From a virus (taxonomy: Duplodnaviria; Caudoviricetes): a stretch of 64,000 nt of DNA. The stretch lies in IMG/VR virus record IMGVR_UViG_3300021387_000075, one strand, 5' to 3'. Of this stretch, positions 9,449 to 23,426 are shown in pieces (the stretch's first letter is position 1; each line of letters opens with the position of its first letter). Position numbers and translations under genes: made by a program. The notes under the pieces were generated by a model. The model was not told where the DNA came from. It saw only the letters and a program-made list of their open reading frames with translations, and ran no database searches.

Positions 9449-11203
9449 TTATCTAATACGTATCCAAACGCGTCCATTTACTTCTACATTTCCACTTCCC
9501 CATCTCTCATAAGTAGGAATCTCAGAGATTGTGCCAATAATACGAGAAGGGTAAGTTTTTTCTTCTTCCGTAGTCATAATAGAAACAGTACCATTTGGAC
9601 CGGAGCATACTGGTGCGCCAATATTGTTTCTAAATTCATCTATTGATTCATAAGGATATGCTAAAACTCGTCCGCTAACCGCAAGTGGCGTAGTGCTGTT
9701 ATTTTCTTTATCTTCACCAATAGAAAAACCATAAGTATCAGTTATAATTTCGGCGCCGGCCTACAAACGACTAGTGGAAAGAGATAATGTGCCGTCACCA
9801 TTCTCTACTACACAGTGCCCTGGAGTCTATTGGGCTTTTTGCTATATATTATCTTTTCTAAATTCAGCATAATCATTCCAAATTGCTCCTGCAACAGATT
9901 GAGCGGAAAAACGACCAGTGTCTACAGTATACCAAGCGCTATAATTGCTAGTATTTTGAAAGGTACGTTCAATGACAATACCACTATAGACATTGGTTCC
10001 TGAAGGAGCATCGCCCATAACGTATAAATGTAAACGGCTATTTCCTTCTTTTGTCCTTGCGTATTCAACAATAGCCATACGATCCGCGCCATTGGCAGAA
10101 CGAAATTCAAATGTACCATATTTATGATCAGCTGGCTTAGTCTATCTTGCAACATCAGCAACATCAAAATGAATGCTTCCTGTCATATGCCCGCCAGTCA
10201 ATGGTAAATAAGGACCAGCCCATTTTACATCTCTTAGATTTTCACTATTTTTAACTAATGCCTAATTCGTTGTACCACCACTTGGCAATTCATATGTTTG
10301 ATCTACAAATTCTGGCGCGCTTGCTCCCCCTTTAGAAACTAATATCTAATTAGCGGTACCCGCTGACGTAGGAGCATAAAATGAAGCATTACTACCGGAA
10401 TTTTGAGCGCCACCATTTAAAGTAAATATGGTCTAATTTCCCTATACTGCAGTATTTGCAGCAGTACCATAGGCAACACTAATAGTATTATTACTATCAC
10501 TAAAACCATTTCCTTTAGTTTTAATGGCCATATTGCCAAATGCGCCTTGATTGCAATAAGCAAGATTAGATTTGTCGGAAGTAGTCTAATAACGTCCATC
10601 CCAATGAGCAATAAGATTGACAGTAGGAATGCCTGTATTAGCAGCCCATGTAGCTAAAGCGGTTAAAGCATTAACACTAGTCCTATCAACAATCGCGCGA
10701 GTAGTTAACGCGGCAGTAGTAGTACTACCAGACATTATTAAACTATTAGCAGCAAATTCAGTTGCACCTGTACCGCCTCTGCCCACTGTCAATGTACCGC
10801 TGGTTTTATCTGTGATACTAAGAGTAGGTATACGTGCTGCATCGAAAGTCCCACTATTAATTTTACTTGCTGCTAAATTAGGTATACGATCAACGCCCAG
10901 TGTGTCTGAAGTAATTTTATTTGCACTTAAATTAGGAATACGTGCAGAATCAAAAGTTCCGCTATTTATTTTACTAGCCGCTAAACCTGGTATCCTATCA
11001 GTGCTTAATGTATCTGAAGTAATTTTATTTGCACTTAAATTAGGAATTTCAGAAGCCGTAAGAGCTCCAGTGACTAAATTCTTATTTGCATCCGTTTTTA
11101 TAATCTACGATGCAGTTCCACTACTTAAATTTAAATTAGTAGTATAAGTTGTATCCGTAACGCGCAAGCTTCCTTGCACGACCGTCGATTTAAGTTGCGC
11201 CAT
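9449..11203 (-). CDS. tail fibre/spike protein with C-terminal intramolecular chaperone (peptidase G2-like) domain (TAG recoded, 584 aa)
   Basis: 17-aa repeats IPxLxAxKIxSxT; C-terminal WNDYAEFR..PLAVSGRVLAYP..GRVWIRIR. Confidence 0.8.
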
Positions 11204-11343
11204 AAGTTTGCGCCTCCTATTATTTAAATTAAACAATAAGGCCCCGCAACAGCAGAAGCCTTATTGGGTTAGTAGAAAATAGGCGCTAGGCTCTGCCTTC
11301 TACTATTTATATTATAACATATTTTGTAATGGGATGTCAAGTG

Positions 11344-13803
11344 TTAGAGTTCGAGAAATTCTGATGAGAGTAATTCAGAATTTTTTCTAATTTTCGCTTT
11401 GTCCATTTGTTCAATTATATCATAAAAATTAGCCTAGCCTTGTTTTGTGAACTAAGCCATATTAGATGTAATATCATATAATCGGAAGTTAGTAAGATAA
11501 AGGTCAGTTCCTAATGCGCCAGTACTAGTGTAGCCCCAGCCAAAAGTTAAATGACGATAACTTAAATAAGTTGTTCCTGCCACATAGGCTGAATATGCAG
11601 TAGTACACGGCTTACTAATAGCGTCTGTTATTTTAAAAATATAGAAACAATCTTTTTCCCCGTTAAAATCCGCGGGAATACCTTCATTTACAATCGTAGT
11701 TGGTGAAGGCTAAACACCGCCACCACCCCAGCCCATATTGTTAGTCCAGCTCCATGTAGTAGCATTAGAACTTTTTCCGCGAGCGTGGAAAGCCGCGATA
11801 TAAGTATGATTTTGCTATAAATGCCACCAATTATCTCGAGCGGTATCATAAGCTGCAACAGTATTTACAGATTGATTAACTAATTGAAGTCCGCCCCACA
11901 TAGTATTACCATTAGCAGATTGAGTAAGATTAGGCGGCCGATAAATATGATAACCATCTTCTACTAAATTAACTTGACAATTCGCTTGTGTATAACGACT
12001 AAGCCCATTAGTAAATTCTAATTTCGTTCGACTTAATTCAGCAGGAAATAGGATATTATCTTGATGCTCTATAAATTCATATGCATGGGTACCACCTTTA
12101 TTATCAATTTTGGCACCAGTATGATAAAGTTCGAGAATATCGTCGGCAGATAGGGCGGTTGCATAGATGCGGAAATCCGACATTAAACCATTATAATATG
12201 TATTATAATATCCAATATAATTAGTAGAAATACTATAAGCTATAGGAGTTACGTTGTTATTTGAGGATTTTAATATACCATTCTAATATAATTTAGAGCC
12301 GTTTACAGTATCAAATGTTGCACAATAGTGAACCCAGCCACTATCAGTTGTAATAGCGGTGCCAGTAATAGTTGGATAATTAGTTCTATAAACAGCAAAA
12401 GTTGGGGTACCATTTGTCGATAATTCACAGGTAATTCCAGACCAAGCCGTATACATGAACTATCTTGTGCCCGTATTTGCATTTCGTTTCATCCAAAAAC
12501 TTATAGTTAATTCACTAGGCGTTAAATTTGGCACCTAAATTTTTGTATTGCTCCCATTAAATACAGTAGAACAAGAATATCTAGCAGTATCTGAAGATAA
12601 GCTAATAATGCCGCTTGCAGTACCATGATGCCCATAACCACTATTATCATATATAATATTGGTTTCTCCTGCCTCACTCGCCGCTGGCGACCAAGCGCTT
12701 GGGGCTGCACCTTTTTCAAGTTTTATACCACAAATATAAAAATTTTTACTACTAACACTATTTTCTAATCGCCATTGTAAATATGTAACATCAGAACCTG
12801 TAATTTGTACTGTACCCCAATATCGTTTCCATTGAGTACCATCTTCAGAGTTATTAACCCATATAAAGCCAGAAGAAAAATTACCGCCTAATATTGTTAA
12901 TCCAGTTGTTACATTACCTAGGTTACTCCTATGAACAGATTGAATATTACCACCAGAATCAACTTTTCCCCAAAAAGATATAGTAAAAATATCTCCTTGA
13001 GTGCAAGAGATATTCTATGCTAAACCGCCCCAAGTTGTACTTTTTTGTTTAACAGTAAAATTCTAATAAGTTTCTGTTGCGGTTGTCCAGGCTGAACTAT
13101 TGATCCATGTACCAGTGAAATTCTATGAGCCTATATATAAATTATTATTTATATTAGCAGGCTAATCCAACTTATAATGCAACACTAGTCCCTACGCAAT
13201 TTCTCGCACTTCGGCCGCGGACAGACAATGATCATATATTCTTAAATCATTTATACAACCGTTAAATCCAAAATATCCGCCCGCATATGTCTCTCTACAA
13301 ATACCAGTCCAATTCGCATCGCTATCAAATGCGGCCTATCCGGACTTTTCTCCTACATAAACTCCATTTTTATAAAGTTTACATACTCCATTTTCAAAAG
13401 TAGAAACTAAGTGCGTCCATTGATTAACTGGTACTGGGCAAGAAATATAATTATTGTATCCGCCGCACAATACGTCTACTTGTGAATTATCTTGACTTAC
13501 GCCAAAAGCCCAACGTTTTTTGTTCCAGTCACCAGAACTTAAAATTGTACCGTTATAATGAGTATGTGTTCCTAGTGGTTTTACCCATACAGCGACGCTA
13601 GCCGCAGTTCTAAGTGTTGATACTAGATTATCTTGAATCTATAATCCATTAGTTATCTAAGAAGATGTATTTGCGCGCTAATAGCATTGTCCTATTTTGC
13701 CAGCCGTAAAAGTAGGGGATGCTTCAAATGCTGTAATTGTATAATCAGTACATCCCTAATTCCTCAAATCCCCATTCAGCGGCAACCATACCTATAAACT
13801 CAT
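11344..13803 (-). CDS. LamG-like jellyroll domain tail protein (TAG recoded, 819 aa)
   Basis: Starts [15 protein letters not shown]; repeated [16 protein letters not shown] and [12 protein letters not shown] motifs. Confidence 0.8.
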
Positions 13804-14051
13804 CTCCTCCCACCTCCAATAGGGGTAATCCTAAAATGGATTACCCCATTTTGCATTGAGTAGGAGGCTCTCATACAATCCATAAATATCTCTTCTAATT
13901 CCTCATCTTTATAAAGGGTGGCGAATGCAAGGTTATCATCTGAAAGTTGCCAGTATATCTAAGAATCATTACTCTAAATCTCGAATGTACTGTAGTTTAA
14001 ACGCTCAAGGCCCTCAAGCTCAGTGCCATCGGCGAGTACGAGTTTATACAT
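13800..14051 (-). CDS. hypothetical protein (TAG recoded)
   Basis: 83 aa in code 15, overlapping the next start. Confidence 0.6.
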
Positions 14052-14070
14052 TATGTATCACCATCCTTAA

Positions 14071-17000
14071 TTAAAATATGAAGTCGAGAGACTAATCAGT
14101 TGTATTATATTGTAATGTTACATGTCCTGCTACATTATATTTAGTAGCATACAAGAAGCCATTTAAATTTAATCTATCTGTCCTTGTTGGGGCAGTAGTT
14201 GAAGTATCGAAACTTAATTTAGCTTGCTATGCTGTATATGGAGCATATGTTATAGCTGTACCGGAATTAGAACCATCTAAGATATTATCTGTAGCAGTGG
14301 CGGTATTATTATCTGCAGGAGTCTTAAAAATAACAGACTTGCCACCAACGGTTAAGGTATAAGCAGTATTTACGGATAAATTGACTGTCGCGGTACCGCC
14401 AGATGCAATTGTCGGGGCGGCAGAAAGATTGGTTGCGGTGGTTGCAGTATCTGCGTTACCCTATAAAGCTCCAATAAATTTATCAGCCTTAGCATTTCCA
14501 TTAACTGTTAATAGTGTGTCTGGCGTGAGCGTTCCAATTCCAACTTTTCCATCAGACGTTATTAACATACGGGTATAAGCGCCATTAGCAAAAGAACCAG
14601 TAGTCGCGAAATGTAATCTTAATCCATATGCACCTGAGGACTACCAGTAAATTCCACCATATGAAGAAGTATCAGTACCAATTGTAATACCACCTGCATT
14701 ACCATCATTAATTCCTGCTCCAGAACCTGATCCAACTGTAAAATGTAAATCTTTAATTGCAGTACCAATTTTATGATTAGTATCAATTCCTAGTGCCGAC
14801 GCCGCAGTTTGTTTTAAAATATTAGACCAAGTATTATCTCCACGATAAAAGACTTTTGTTGTATTGGCGGCATTATCTTTAAATTTAGTTGCTGTGGCTG
14901 CATTACCGGTACATGATTCGGCGCTGCCGCTAATATTCCCTATAATTGTATTAGAAAATGTTTTTATTCCAGCAATCGTCTAATCTTGATATGTGTTTGT
15001 TAAATCTTCTGGAGCAGGAAACCAAGTCTATGATCTATTAGTACCGCGTACAACCACTATGTCGGATAAAGTAACAGTAGCATTATAAGTACCTTCAAAA
15101 TCAACAAATCCATAAGCAGAATTATTATAATAACATGTTCCAGACCAAAAAGTCCAAGATTTATTTGCAGAAATATCAAAGTTGCCTACGCTTGTATCAC
15201 TAATATTAACATTAATAGTAGTACCAGAAGAATAATTTTCAACTTTATACCAAAAACTAATTGAATAGTAACCGGCGGCTTCGGCTTTATAAGGATTATC
15301 TGAATAATTTGAACCGCCTGAAAATACTATTCTATTTAAATTACCAGAAGTTAATTGTTTACCATGGGTCCATCTAAATCCAATAATTGAGGAGCTATAT
15401 ACATTACGTGCAATTAAATTACGCATACCGCAAGTCTAATAATAATTGGCGTCTTGATTATTTAATTTATTCGCGTTAGTTGAATAAGGTACGGTAAATG
15501 CATCGCTTGTTTTTCCACCTGCTGTTACTGTTATATTATTGTCACTTGCTGCGAGTGAAGGTTTAGCAGAAAGGTTAGTTGCAGTAGTTGCTGTTGTGGC
15601 ATTACCAGAAAGATTGCCACTAAATGTTCCACTAGTAGTTCCACTAATGGTTAATCCAGTTGTTGCCGCATTAATGCGAACATCATAATCTGCAGTATTT
15701 CCGTCAGTTGTATGAAAGTCAATATATTTTCCGACTTCTAATACACCATCGCTACCTATAACGGGAACTAATCCCCAAGTATCTTTTGTGCCCGCTGGAG
15801 CAGCATTGTATGTAGCTATAGAACCTAATCCTAAATTAGTTCTAGCATTTGCGGCAGTAGTGGCACCGGTTCCGCCGTGGTCTATTGCAACAGTACCTGT
15901 AACATTTGCAGCAGTGCCACTTACATTCCCCGTAACATTGCCAGTTACATTTCCTGTAACGTTACCAGTCAATGGGCCACTAAAACCGTTTGCAGTTATT
16001 ACTCCAGTAGAAGCAGTAACATATACTCCACTAATATATTTTGGAATACCATCAGCAGCATTAGTAGACGATACCCAAATATTATGTTGTGAAGTATCAG
16101 TTAAAGCTCCTAAATTACCATTAATACGGCTAGCGGTATCTGCATTACCTTTAAATGCTGAGGCATACAAATAGCCATTAGACGTATCATATCTTAAGGC
16201 ATTATCATAACTATTTTCAGTTCTAGTACTAGCCGAACCCATTAAATAAAATGATGTCCCTAGAGTACCAAAACTAAACCAGCGTCCAACTTTTGCAGAT
16301 TCCGCACCAGATGCCCAAGTATTAGTTGCTCGTATCCAAGGATTGTAACTGCCAGTATTTGAATAATCAGCTATATTAAGCGCTCCATTCTAATAACGTT
16401 GTCCATCAATCCATGATGAAGGAGTGAGGACTCCATTAAATTTTGTAGAATAAATAGTTGCCCATCTATTATCAGAAGCTCCTAAGTTTTGTTTATTATT
16501 ATTCGCCGCTTCTGCTTTTTGCGGTATGATACTGCCATTGGTATCAATTGCAAGCCCTATACGATTCGCAGCAGCATCTGCATAGGCATATATATAAACA
16601 TTCGAATCCGCGCTTAAAAATAAATTTTCACCACTAAAAGTTGAACCTTTGGCAGAATAAATTGTAGATGCAGATTCACCTGCACCAATAAATGTATTTC
16701 CACTAGAATTTATAACCATATTAGCATTATAAGTTGTAGTATGATCATTATAAACTGCTATATATGCTGCAGAAGTGGCAATTGATTTATCTGTATCTAT
16801 TACTGTAAAATTAATTCTTGCTGGATAGTTCTAAGCAGTAGTGCCTGAGCGATACAATGTTAATTCATTAGAAAAGCGTCCTATACCATTTACATCTAAT
16901 AAGTAAGCAGGAGAAGTGGTACCAATACCAATTTTTCTATCTGCCGCCATAAATATGGCTGTGGATAATGTTCCACCTGTACTAGAGCTCCAATCTGTAC

Positions 17001-19995
17001 CATTACCTATGTATAATGTACCGTTTGCGGCTTCTAATATAGTAGGTTTATTTGTACCACCACTGTCCTAATTACCCATAAGAATACATTTTTGACCAGA
17101 GGTACTTGTAATTTTTAATGCAGTTCCTTTTACTGTAAGATCATTATTCACAGCAAGAGTACTATTGATTGTAGTAGCTCCATTAATATATGATGTTCCA
17201 TTTACATAGAAATTATAACTTGTATTCTATCCATTAACGCCAAAGCGCGTCAGTGCATATAAACCATTACTATTAATCTCAGCAAACTATGTACGAGACG
17301 ATACTGTATCTGTAGTTCCTGTAGAATAATAGAATAACGTTTTAGAAGTAAACGTTCTTGAACCATAGCCAATATATAAAGAATGATCGGTATGTATTTC
17401 ATTTTTTCCTGCATCTAAATGACGCATAGAAGTTGCAGTTGAATCTAAAATTCCAGTAAAGATCGTCGACCATTTATAACTACTATTACCTAAAGTATAA
17501 GTATTATTAGCCCAAGGAATGATGCTACTCTCGCTTAAAATAGCACCACTTGGGTTACGTAATGACCAATGCCCTGCTGTCCAAGCTTCTGCTGTTGTAA
17601 TTGCAGTATTACATATATAATAATTTTTATCATACCAAACAACATCGCCAACAGCGTATGTTTTAGTTGCATCATATACTGCAATTGGTGAATTACGAAC
17701 ATTTAAGATCAATCCTTTAGACTAAATAGCAAGCCAATCATCATGAAATTCATTAAAAGCTACATAAGGGCCATCACCTATTAATAAGGAAGTAACATAT
17801 GGAGCGGTACCTGCCTAATTATTATCATTATTTGCATTTCTTAAACGTATAGTATTACCCCTAACTTCAAAATTGCCTGTAAATAGAGATGAGCCATTTA
17901 CTTTTAGTGTATGACCAGAATCGGTAAAATTCTAGCCAACAGCCATACGTCTACGTGCAACAAAGTCTGGAGCTGTAACTGCTAAATTCCCTCCAGTATT
18001 ATTGCTGCCATTTTTCCCTACAAAATGAAAAGATGAACCACCGCCAGTTAAAGCGCCATCATGATTTGTAAACAATATAGCGCCAGAATCTGATTCATTA
18101 TTAGTTTCAGAAAATTCAATTCTTGGACCGCCATCTTCAAAACGCATTACTCCAGCAGTATTGCTTGTTAAATCAGATGCGGTATTGCCATATGTAGTTC
18201 CATATAAATGTAACCCATTACATTTTTTTGCAGCATTTTGCACTGTAATATCTGTATCATTATATACTGTTATTTTACTAGCACTATTAATTACTCTACC
18301 TGTATTGCTGTTAAAAAATGCAATGCTATTAGTTGTACTACTCTCCGGCCCAATTACTGCCCCATCTTCATTAGTTTCAACAGCAGTCCAATGTGCAGCA
18401 TTAGCTGCCGTCCCATCAGTAACGCAGATAATTAAAGTACCAACTTCGCAATATCTTCCATTTGAATCAACAATTGGATAAGTTCCTGCGGTACCTACAC
18501 GATAAGTATCGCCAGCATTATGAGTAGCTGGTAACGCATTGGTAGCATTTATTACGCCCTTAAAAGTCATTGCATTCGCGGCGGCGAGAAGTCCATCCAT
18601 TTTAGTATTTAGAGTCTTAATCGCCTTAGGAGTTGCTGCGAGAACTTCAGAATCGCTGTCTGTTGCAGAACTTAATTTTGTAACTCCATAAGCACTGGTG
18701 GAAGCAGTTGCTAATGTAAAAGCTAATGCGTCAGCACTATTAACTGCGGTAGCAGTATATGTTAAATTATTAGTTCCGCCCCATGAGCCAGTTTTATGAT
18801 ATTTATTAGTATCCGTAAATACTGCATTAGCCGGGACAGCGGTTTTTACTGTGAGACCATTAACAGTTGCAGCATCGCCAGCAATAGAAATATCCCATGT
18901 TTTATTTGCTTTACCTACTTCTACTACAATATCTTTAGTTTTCCACTAAAATTCTCCAGTTTTCCAATCTGCACTGCCATTATGATTTCTAATTCTTAAT
19001 AATTCTTGTATGGTATCTGTATTAGAAACACGGCCAACTGCCTATATTATTAAACCACCGTCAACTGCAGTGCTACCAGTTCCTGGATTACTATCAATTA
19101 TAGAAAATATTCTTGCATCAGCATTTGTACCAAAATAATTATTATTTTGTGTAATTTCTAATCCTTCACCTAATCCGGTAAATTTAATTAAATTACTTGG
19201 TATGGTTAAATTATTATTAGAATCAATAGCGATACCTGTCGCACCAATAGTATTCGCTCCAGTAAATTTAGTTATATAATTTGCAGTACCACTACCAGTT
19301 ATATTATTAGTAATAGAAGGAGTTACTGTTACTGTTTGAGCAGTTCCTCCTGAAGGAGTAACAGTAAAACCATTAGTGCCATTAGCAAAAGTATAGGTAG
19401 TATTATTATCCTACTATGTAAAATTAAAAGTACTTCCATTTGAGCGTGTTGCTGTAAATGTAGTACCATTTCTACTAATACTAACTACTGGCGCACTATT
19501 ATCGCCCTATGGCGCAGTAAAATCATTAACTGCGGTATATCCACCTGGTAAAGTGGTGCCATCTGTAAAAGCTGTATATGTGGTTATAGTTGAACTTAAA
19601 ATAGGAATATAAGAACAATGCCAAGTCTACGCGGTACCAGATGCAATTCCCTAAGCCGTATCATATAGTTCAATATAAGCCGTTCCATTTGATGTAACAA
19701 CTCCACGAATACGCACTGCAATGTAATTAGTTGTTCCTAAGGTATTAATAAAACATTTGTTTGAATGAGAGGTAGTAATTAAAAAAGTAGCATTACATAC
19801 TACATTTCCGCGAGTGCATGAAACACTTAAAATACCACTACTACCTTCTATAGCTATAGTAGGAGTAATTAAACAAATACGGCTCCATTTTTGTCCCTAC
19901 GTAACTGCATTCCATTTATATCCTTTCTCACTATCTTTTAATAAATAAACCTTATTATCGGGAGTCTTTATCTAACTAATATATCCATCAGCCAT
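14071..19995 (-). CDS. long tail fibre protein (TAG recoded, 1974 aa)
   Basis: ORFs 15028, 15436, 16390, 17287 and 17932 are all in one frame separated by TAG; GNVT repeats, GGTGAT and GNA.TAT motifs. Confidence 0.8.
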
Positions 19996-20010
19996 TTAGG
20001 CCACCTCCCT

Positions 20011-21114
20011 TTAACTTGGATGCGTTACCGTAATAGTAGTACTATTATTTAATCCGGCGCCGGTAGTTGGAGTACCTAAAGCAGTAATGGCATTCTTAGT
20101 GTCTTTAGAATTCCAAGCCACCCCTACATTAGTTTTTTGACTCGGAGTCGCGCCGGTAGTTACCTATACACGCCCTGTTGCAGTCGCGGAGTTAGCGGCC
20201 AGAGTGATAGCTGGGGCATTGAATGTTGCACCGGAGCCCATCGCGCTTGAAGTACTTGGTGTTCCTAATCCAGTTAGCGCATCCTTAGAAGTTTTTACGC
20301 TTACTGCGGTTACTACTGAACTTCCAGTTCCTGAAGAAGTAATAGACCCAGTTGCTACTGTAGTACTGTCTGAAGCGGCAGTAGGAATTGTTAAAGTAGT
20401 AGAACCAATAGTTAATACTTCTCCAGTTACTGAGGCAGTATTCAATACGCCAGGAGAAGAACTGCCACTTACACCTTTGATTGTAGTTGTTACTAATTTA
20501 TTAGTACTAGTAACATTTAATTCCTATACAAAACTGTCTTTGCTAGGATTCGCATAACCAGTAACCGCGTTAAAAGCTTTATTGTCATCAACAGTAGGTT
20601 TAGCAGAAGTTGCTCCTAAGTATGTCTAAGACAAGTTATTGTATGTCGGCTGGGTTACAGTAAATGTTGAATTCGCACCAATAACATCTGCTTTAGTTAC
20701 ATCATTGTATCCAGTTACAAAATTAGTTGTCTATTTATTTAAAGTAACATCAGTTACAATAGCTGTTAGTTTAATCTAAGTATCGCCAATTTTTTCCCAA
20801 CTATAAGTATAATTAGGATCAGTTCCTGCTCGGACTGTAACATATTCGTCATATATATCTAATAAAGTGGGGTCTTGTTGGGAAGAAGATTTGACTAAAT
20901 AAAATTTCCCTAAGGTGCTTGCACTTGCGGTCAAAGTGCCGGTCACTGTTCCCGCGACTACTCCAGCAGGTACATTGGCTGCGACTGCTGTACCGGTACC
21001 ATTCCAAGCAATTACAAAGACGCCATTTATGGCTGAACGCGCGGTTGCATCTTTTATATTATAAGTATTACCGCCGGGTAAAGTAATTTGAGAAATATCT
21101 CCGACTACTGCCAT
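20011..21114 (-). CDS. Thr/Ser-rich tail-associated protein (TAG recoded)
   Basis: ORFs 20776-21114 and 20164-20445 in frame; ends at TAA 20011. Confidence 0.75.
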
Positions 21115-21130
21115 TGTTTTTCACTTCCTT

Positions 21131-21766
21131 TTATGAGCGATTGAAAATAAGATTTTCATTATTTATCTCGCAGTTAATTTTATTATTCCAAAAAGTGCGC
21201 TCCGCACTTGTAATATGCCGTACTTCATCATGAACATGGTTATCTAAAGTTTTTCTAATATCGTCTCCAACAAATGGAGAATCAGTAATAGCATTTATTC
21301 CATTACTAATTTTAATACCGGGCACTACAATTGTATCATCATTTTCATTAGTATAAGTAGATGCATCAGTATAGATACAAATCGTTCCTTCTGGCGCGAC
21401 ATAACTTGTATGACTTAGCCATTCCGCCGTAGTTCCAATCATTATATTTTTACCGGTAATGTCTCCTACTAACTCCCATCTAGTACCGGTATAAATAAAT
21501 GTATAGATATTACCTTCCGATAACATATTCGCGCCAATTGCTATTCCATTATAATAAATAGCTTTCGCGCCAGTATTATTAACATTTAAAGTTGCATTCG
21601 CGCCAACGGTTCCTACTTTCAAATTGACATATACACCTGCTGCCAATTCAAAATTACTAATTGCGGCGGTAAGTGCTGTGCTTGTACCGCCCGCAGTAGT
21701 AAATAAAATTGGCTCAATTAGGTGCGTGCTATTATCATTTAACTATACAGAATGTATATATCCCAT
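21131..21766 (-). CDS. tail-associated protein (TAG recoded)
   Basis: ATG at 21766 with GAGG RBS, in frame with ORF 21131-21646. Confidence 0.7.
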
Positions 21767-21780
21767 TTACCTCACCGCCA

Positions 21781-22851
21781 TTATGGAGTTGCGCTATTAT
21801 CAGGCACAACTACTGTAGTGGGTGTTACTGTTAGAGAGGGTAATGTTCCTACACTTGTTATATTAGGTACTGACCTAGCTTCATAGGCTAAAGTGGGTAC
21901 TGTGCTATTAGTTAAACGTAATACTCCTTGATTTACAGTAGCATCAGAAGCGGTGCCTGCTTTCCAATCAGTGATATCATCCGCTGTGATTGCGTCTCCT
22001 AGAGTTGGAAGCGTACCTGCATTTAATGTACCGGCACTACCAATAACAGTAGTACTAGACTTTAATGCATAGCTGCCCTCATCACCTAGTAAAATCCATT
22101 GAGAATTTGCGGCATTATTACCCTTAGAATATACATATTCCTTATCTCCTACTAATAATACATCGCCAGCTACATAATTCTCATAACTTGTTTGCGCGTC
22201 AGGCAGAATTGGATGTCCTTCTGCGTCTTGCGCTGGAGTTTCCCCAATAAAGTGCATTGGCGCAGTTAGGTCTGTTAATCCTTGTGCGATGTTATCAACA
22301 TAATTCTTTGTTGCTGCGCCCATTGCAGAAGTAGGATCAGCATCTAATATAACTGGACCCGTAAATGTCCCACCGCTTTTTGGCATTGCTTGATCCGCTT
22401 TCTGTCCCTGTGCGGCAGTAGCAAAAGCACTTGTGTCCTCATATGCGGCTGAACCTAATCCATGTACTGCGACTTCTTCGCCTGCAACTTTAATAGTACC
22501 ATCAGTGGTACCTTCCTATACTAAAATACTATGATTAGCATACCATACTGTGCCGCTGCCAGTTTGAGACAATGTAAATGCTATTACATCATCAGCTGCG
22601 CAAACGCAGTTTCCCACAACTGGGAATGGATTGGTACTGCCAACTTTCAATGTAACTCCTGTAGTAACAGAATTACCATTTTCAAATCTAACTTGTACTG
22701 TAATGCCATGCATAATAGCATCAAAGTCTGGTAGCGTTACTTCCTTTGCGGCCTGGTTTGCCGCGACAGAACAGACGCCATAAAGTGTTGAACCTACTAG
22801 TACCTAATCACCAGTGGCTCCTATCTATACTTTACCAATATAACTTGCCAT
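21781..22851 (-). CDS. tail-associated protein (TAG recoded)
   Basis: ATG at 22851 in frame with ORFs 22516 and 21781; AATKNYVD motif. Confidence 0.75.
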
Positions 22852-22854
22852 TTA

Positions 22855-23394
22855 TTATTCCTCCTTAGTAACGTCTGTTACTACTGTTTTCTTTTCCCAA
22901 AGTAGCTCTGGCAATAAGCCATTACTTACTTTAAACACATTATTCTCCACAGATGCTTTGGTTGTAACCCCTGGAAGCCAGCTAACTACGCTTCCAACAG
23001 TTGTTTGCTTCACATCAAAATTGAAATTAGAAAGCTACGCATATCCACTCGCGGGCGAATAATGATATATTCTTTTTGTCTCTAAATCCACATATAACTT
23101 ATCTTCGGAACCCGGTGACGGAAACGCCGCGAAGTTTTCCTTCTTAACAATTTCAGTCTCATTTCCATTAAGGGTTCCTGCATCTATAAATGGGAGATTT
23201 ACTACATTAGTATTCCCATCTCCAACCTTTAAACGAGAAAAAGGGTGAGTTGCGTCTGCACTATAGACGATCAACTCACCCGCAAGCGGTACGAAACCCG
23301 CAGACCCGTCCCTAGGACCGGCCTTATTCCAATTGGCTTCGGTATCGCTTTTCAACCGAATTCTCGTCTTTATGGTATTATTTGCTGTTGCCAT
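22855..23394 (-). CDS. tail protein with major tropism determinant N-terminal-like domain (TAG recoded)
   Basis: RIRLKSDTEANW..GELIVY..LKVGDG..LPF motif. Confidence 0.7.
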
Positions 23395-23426
23395 ATAAAG
23401 ACCTCCTTGCTATCGTTCCAAGCAAG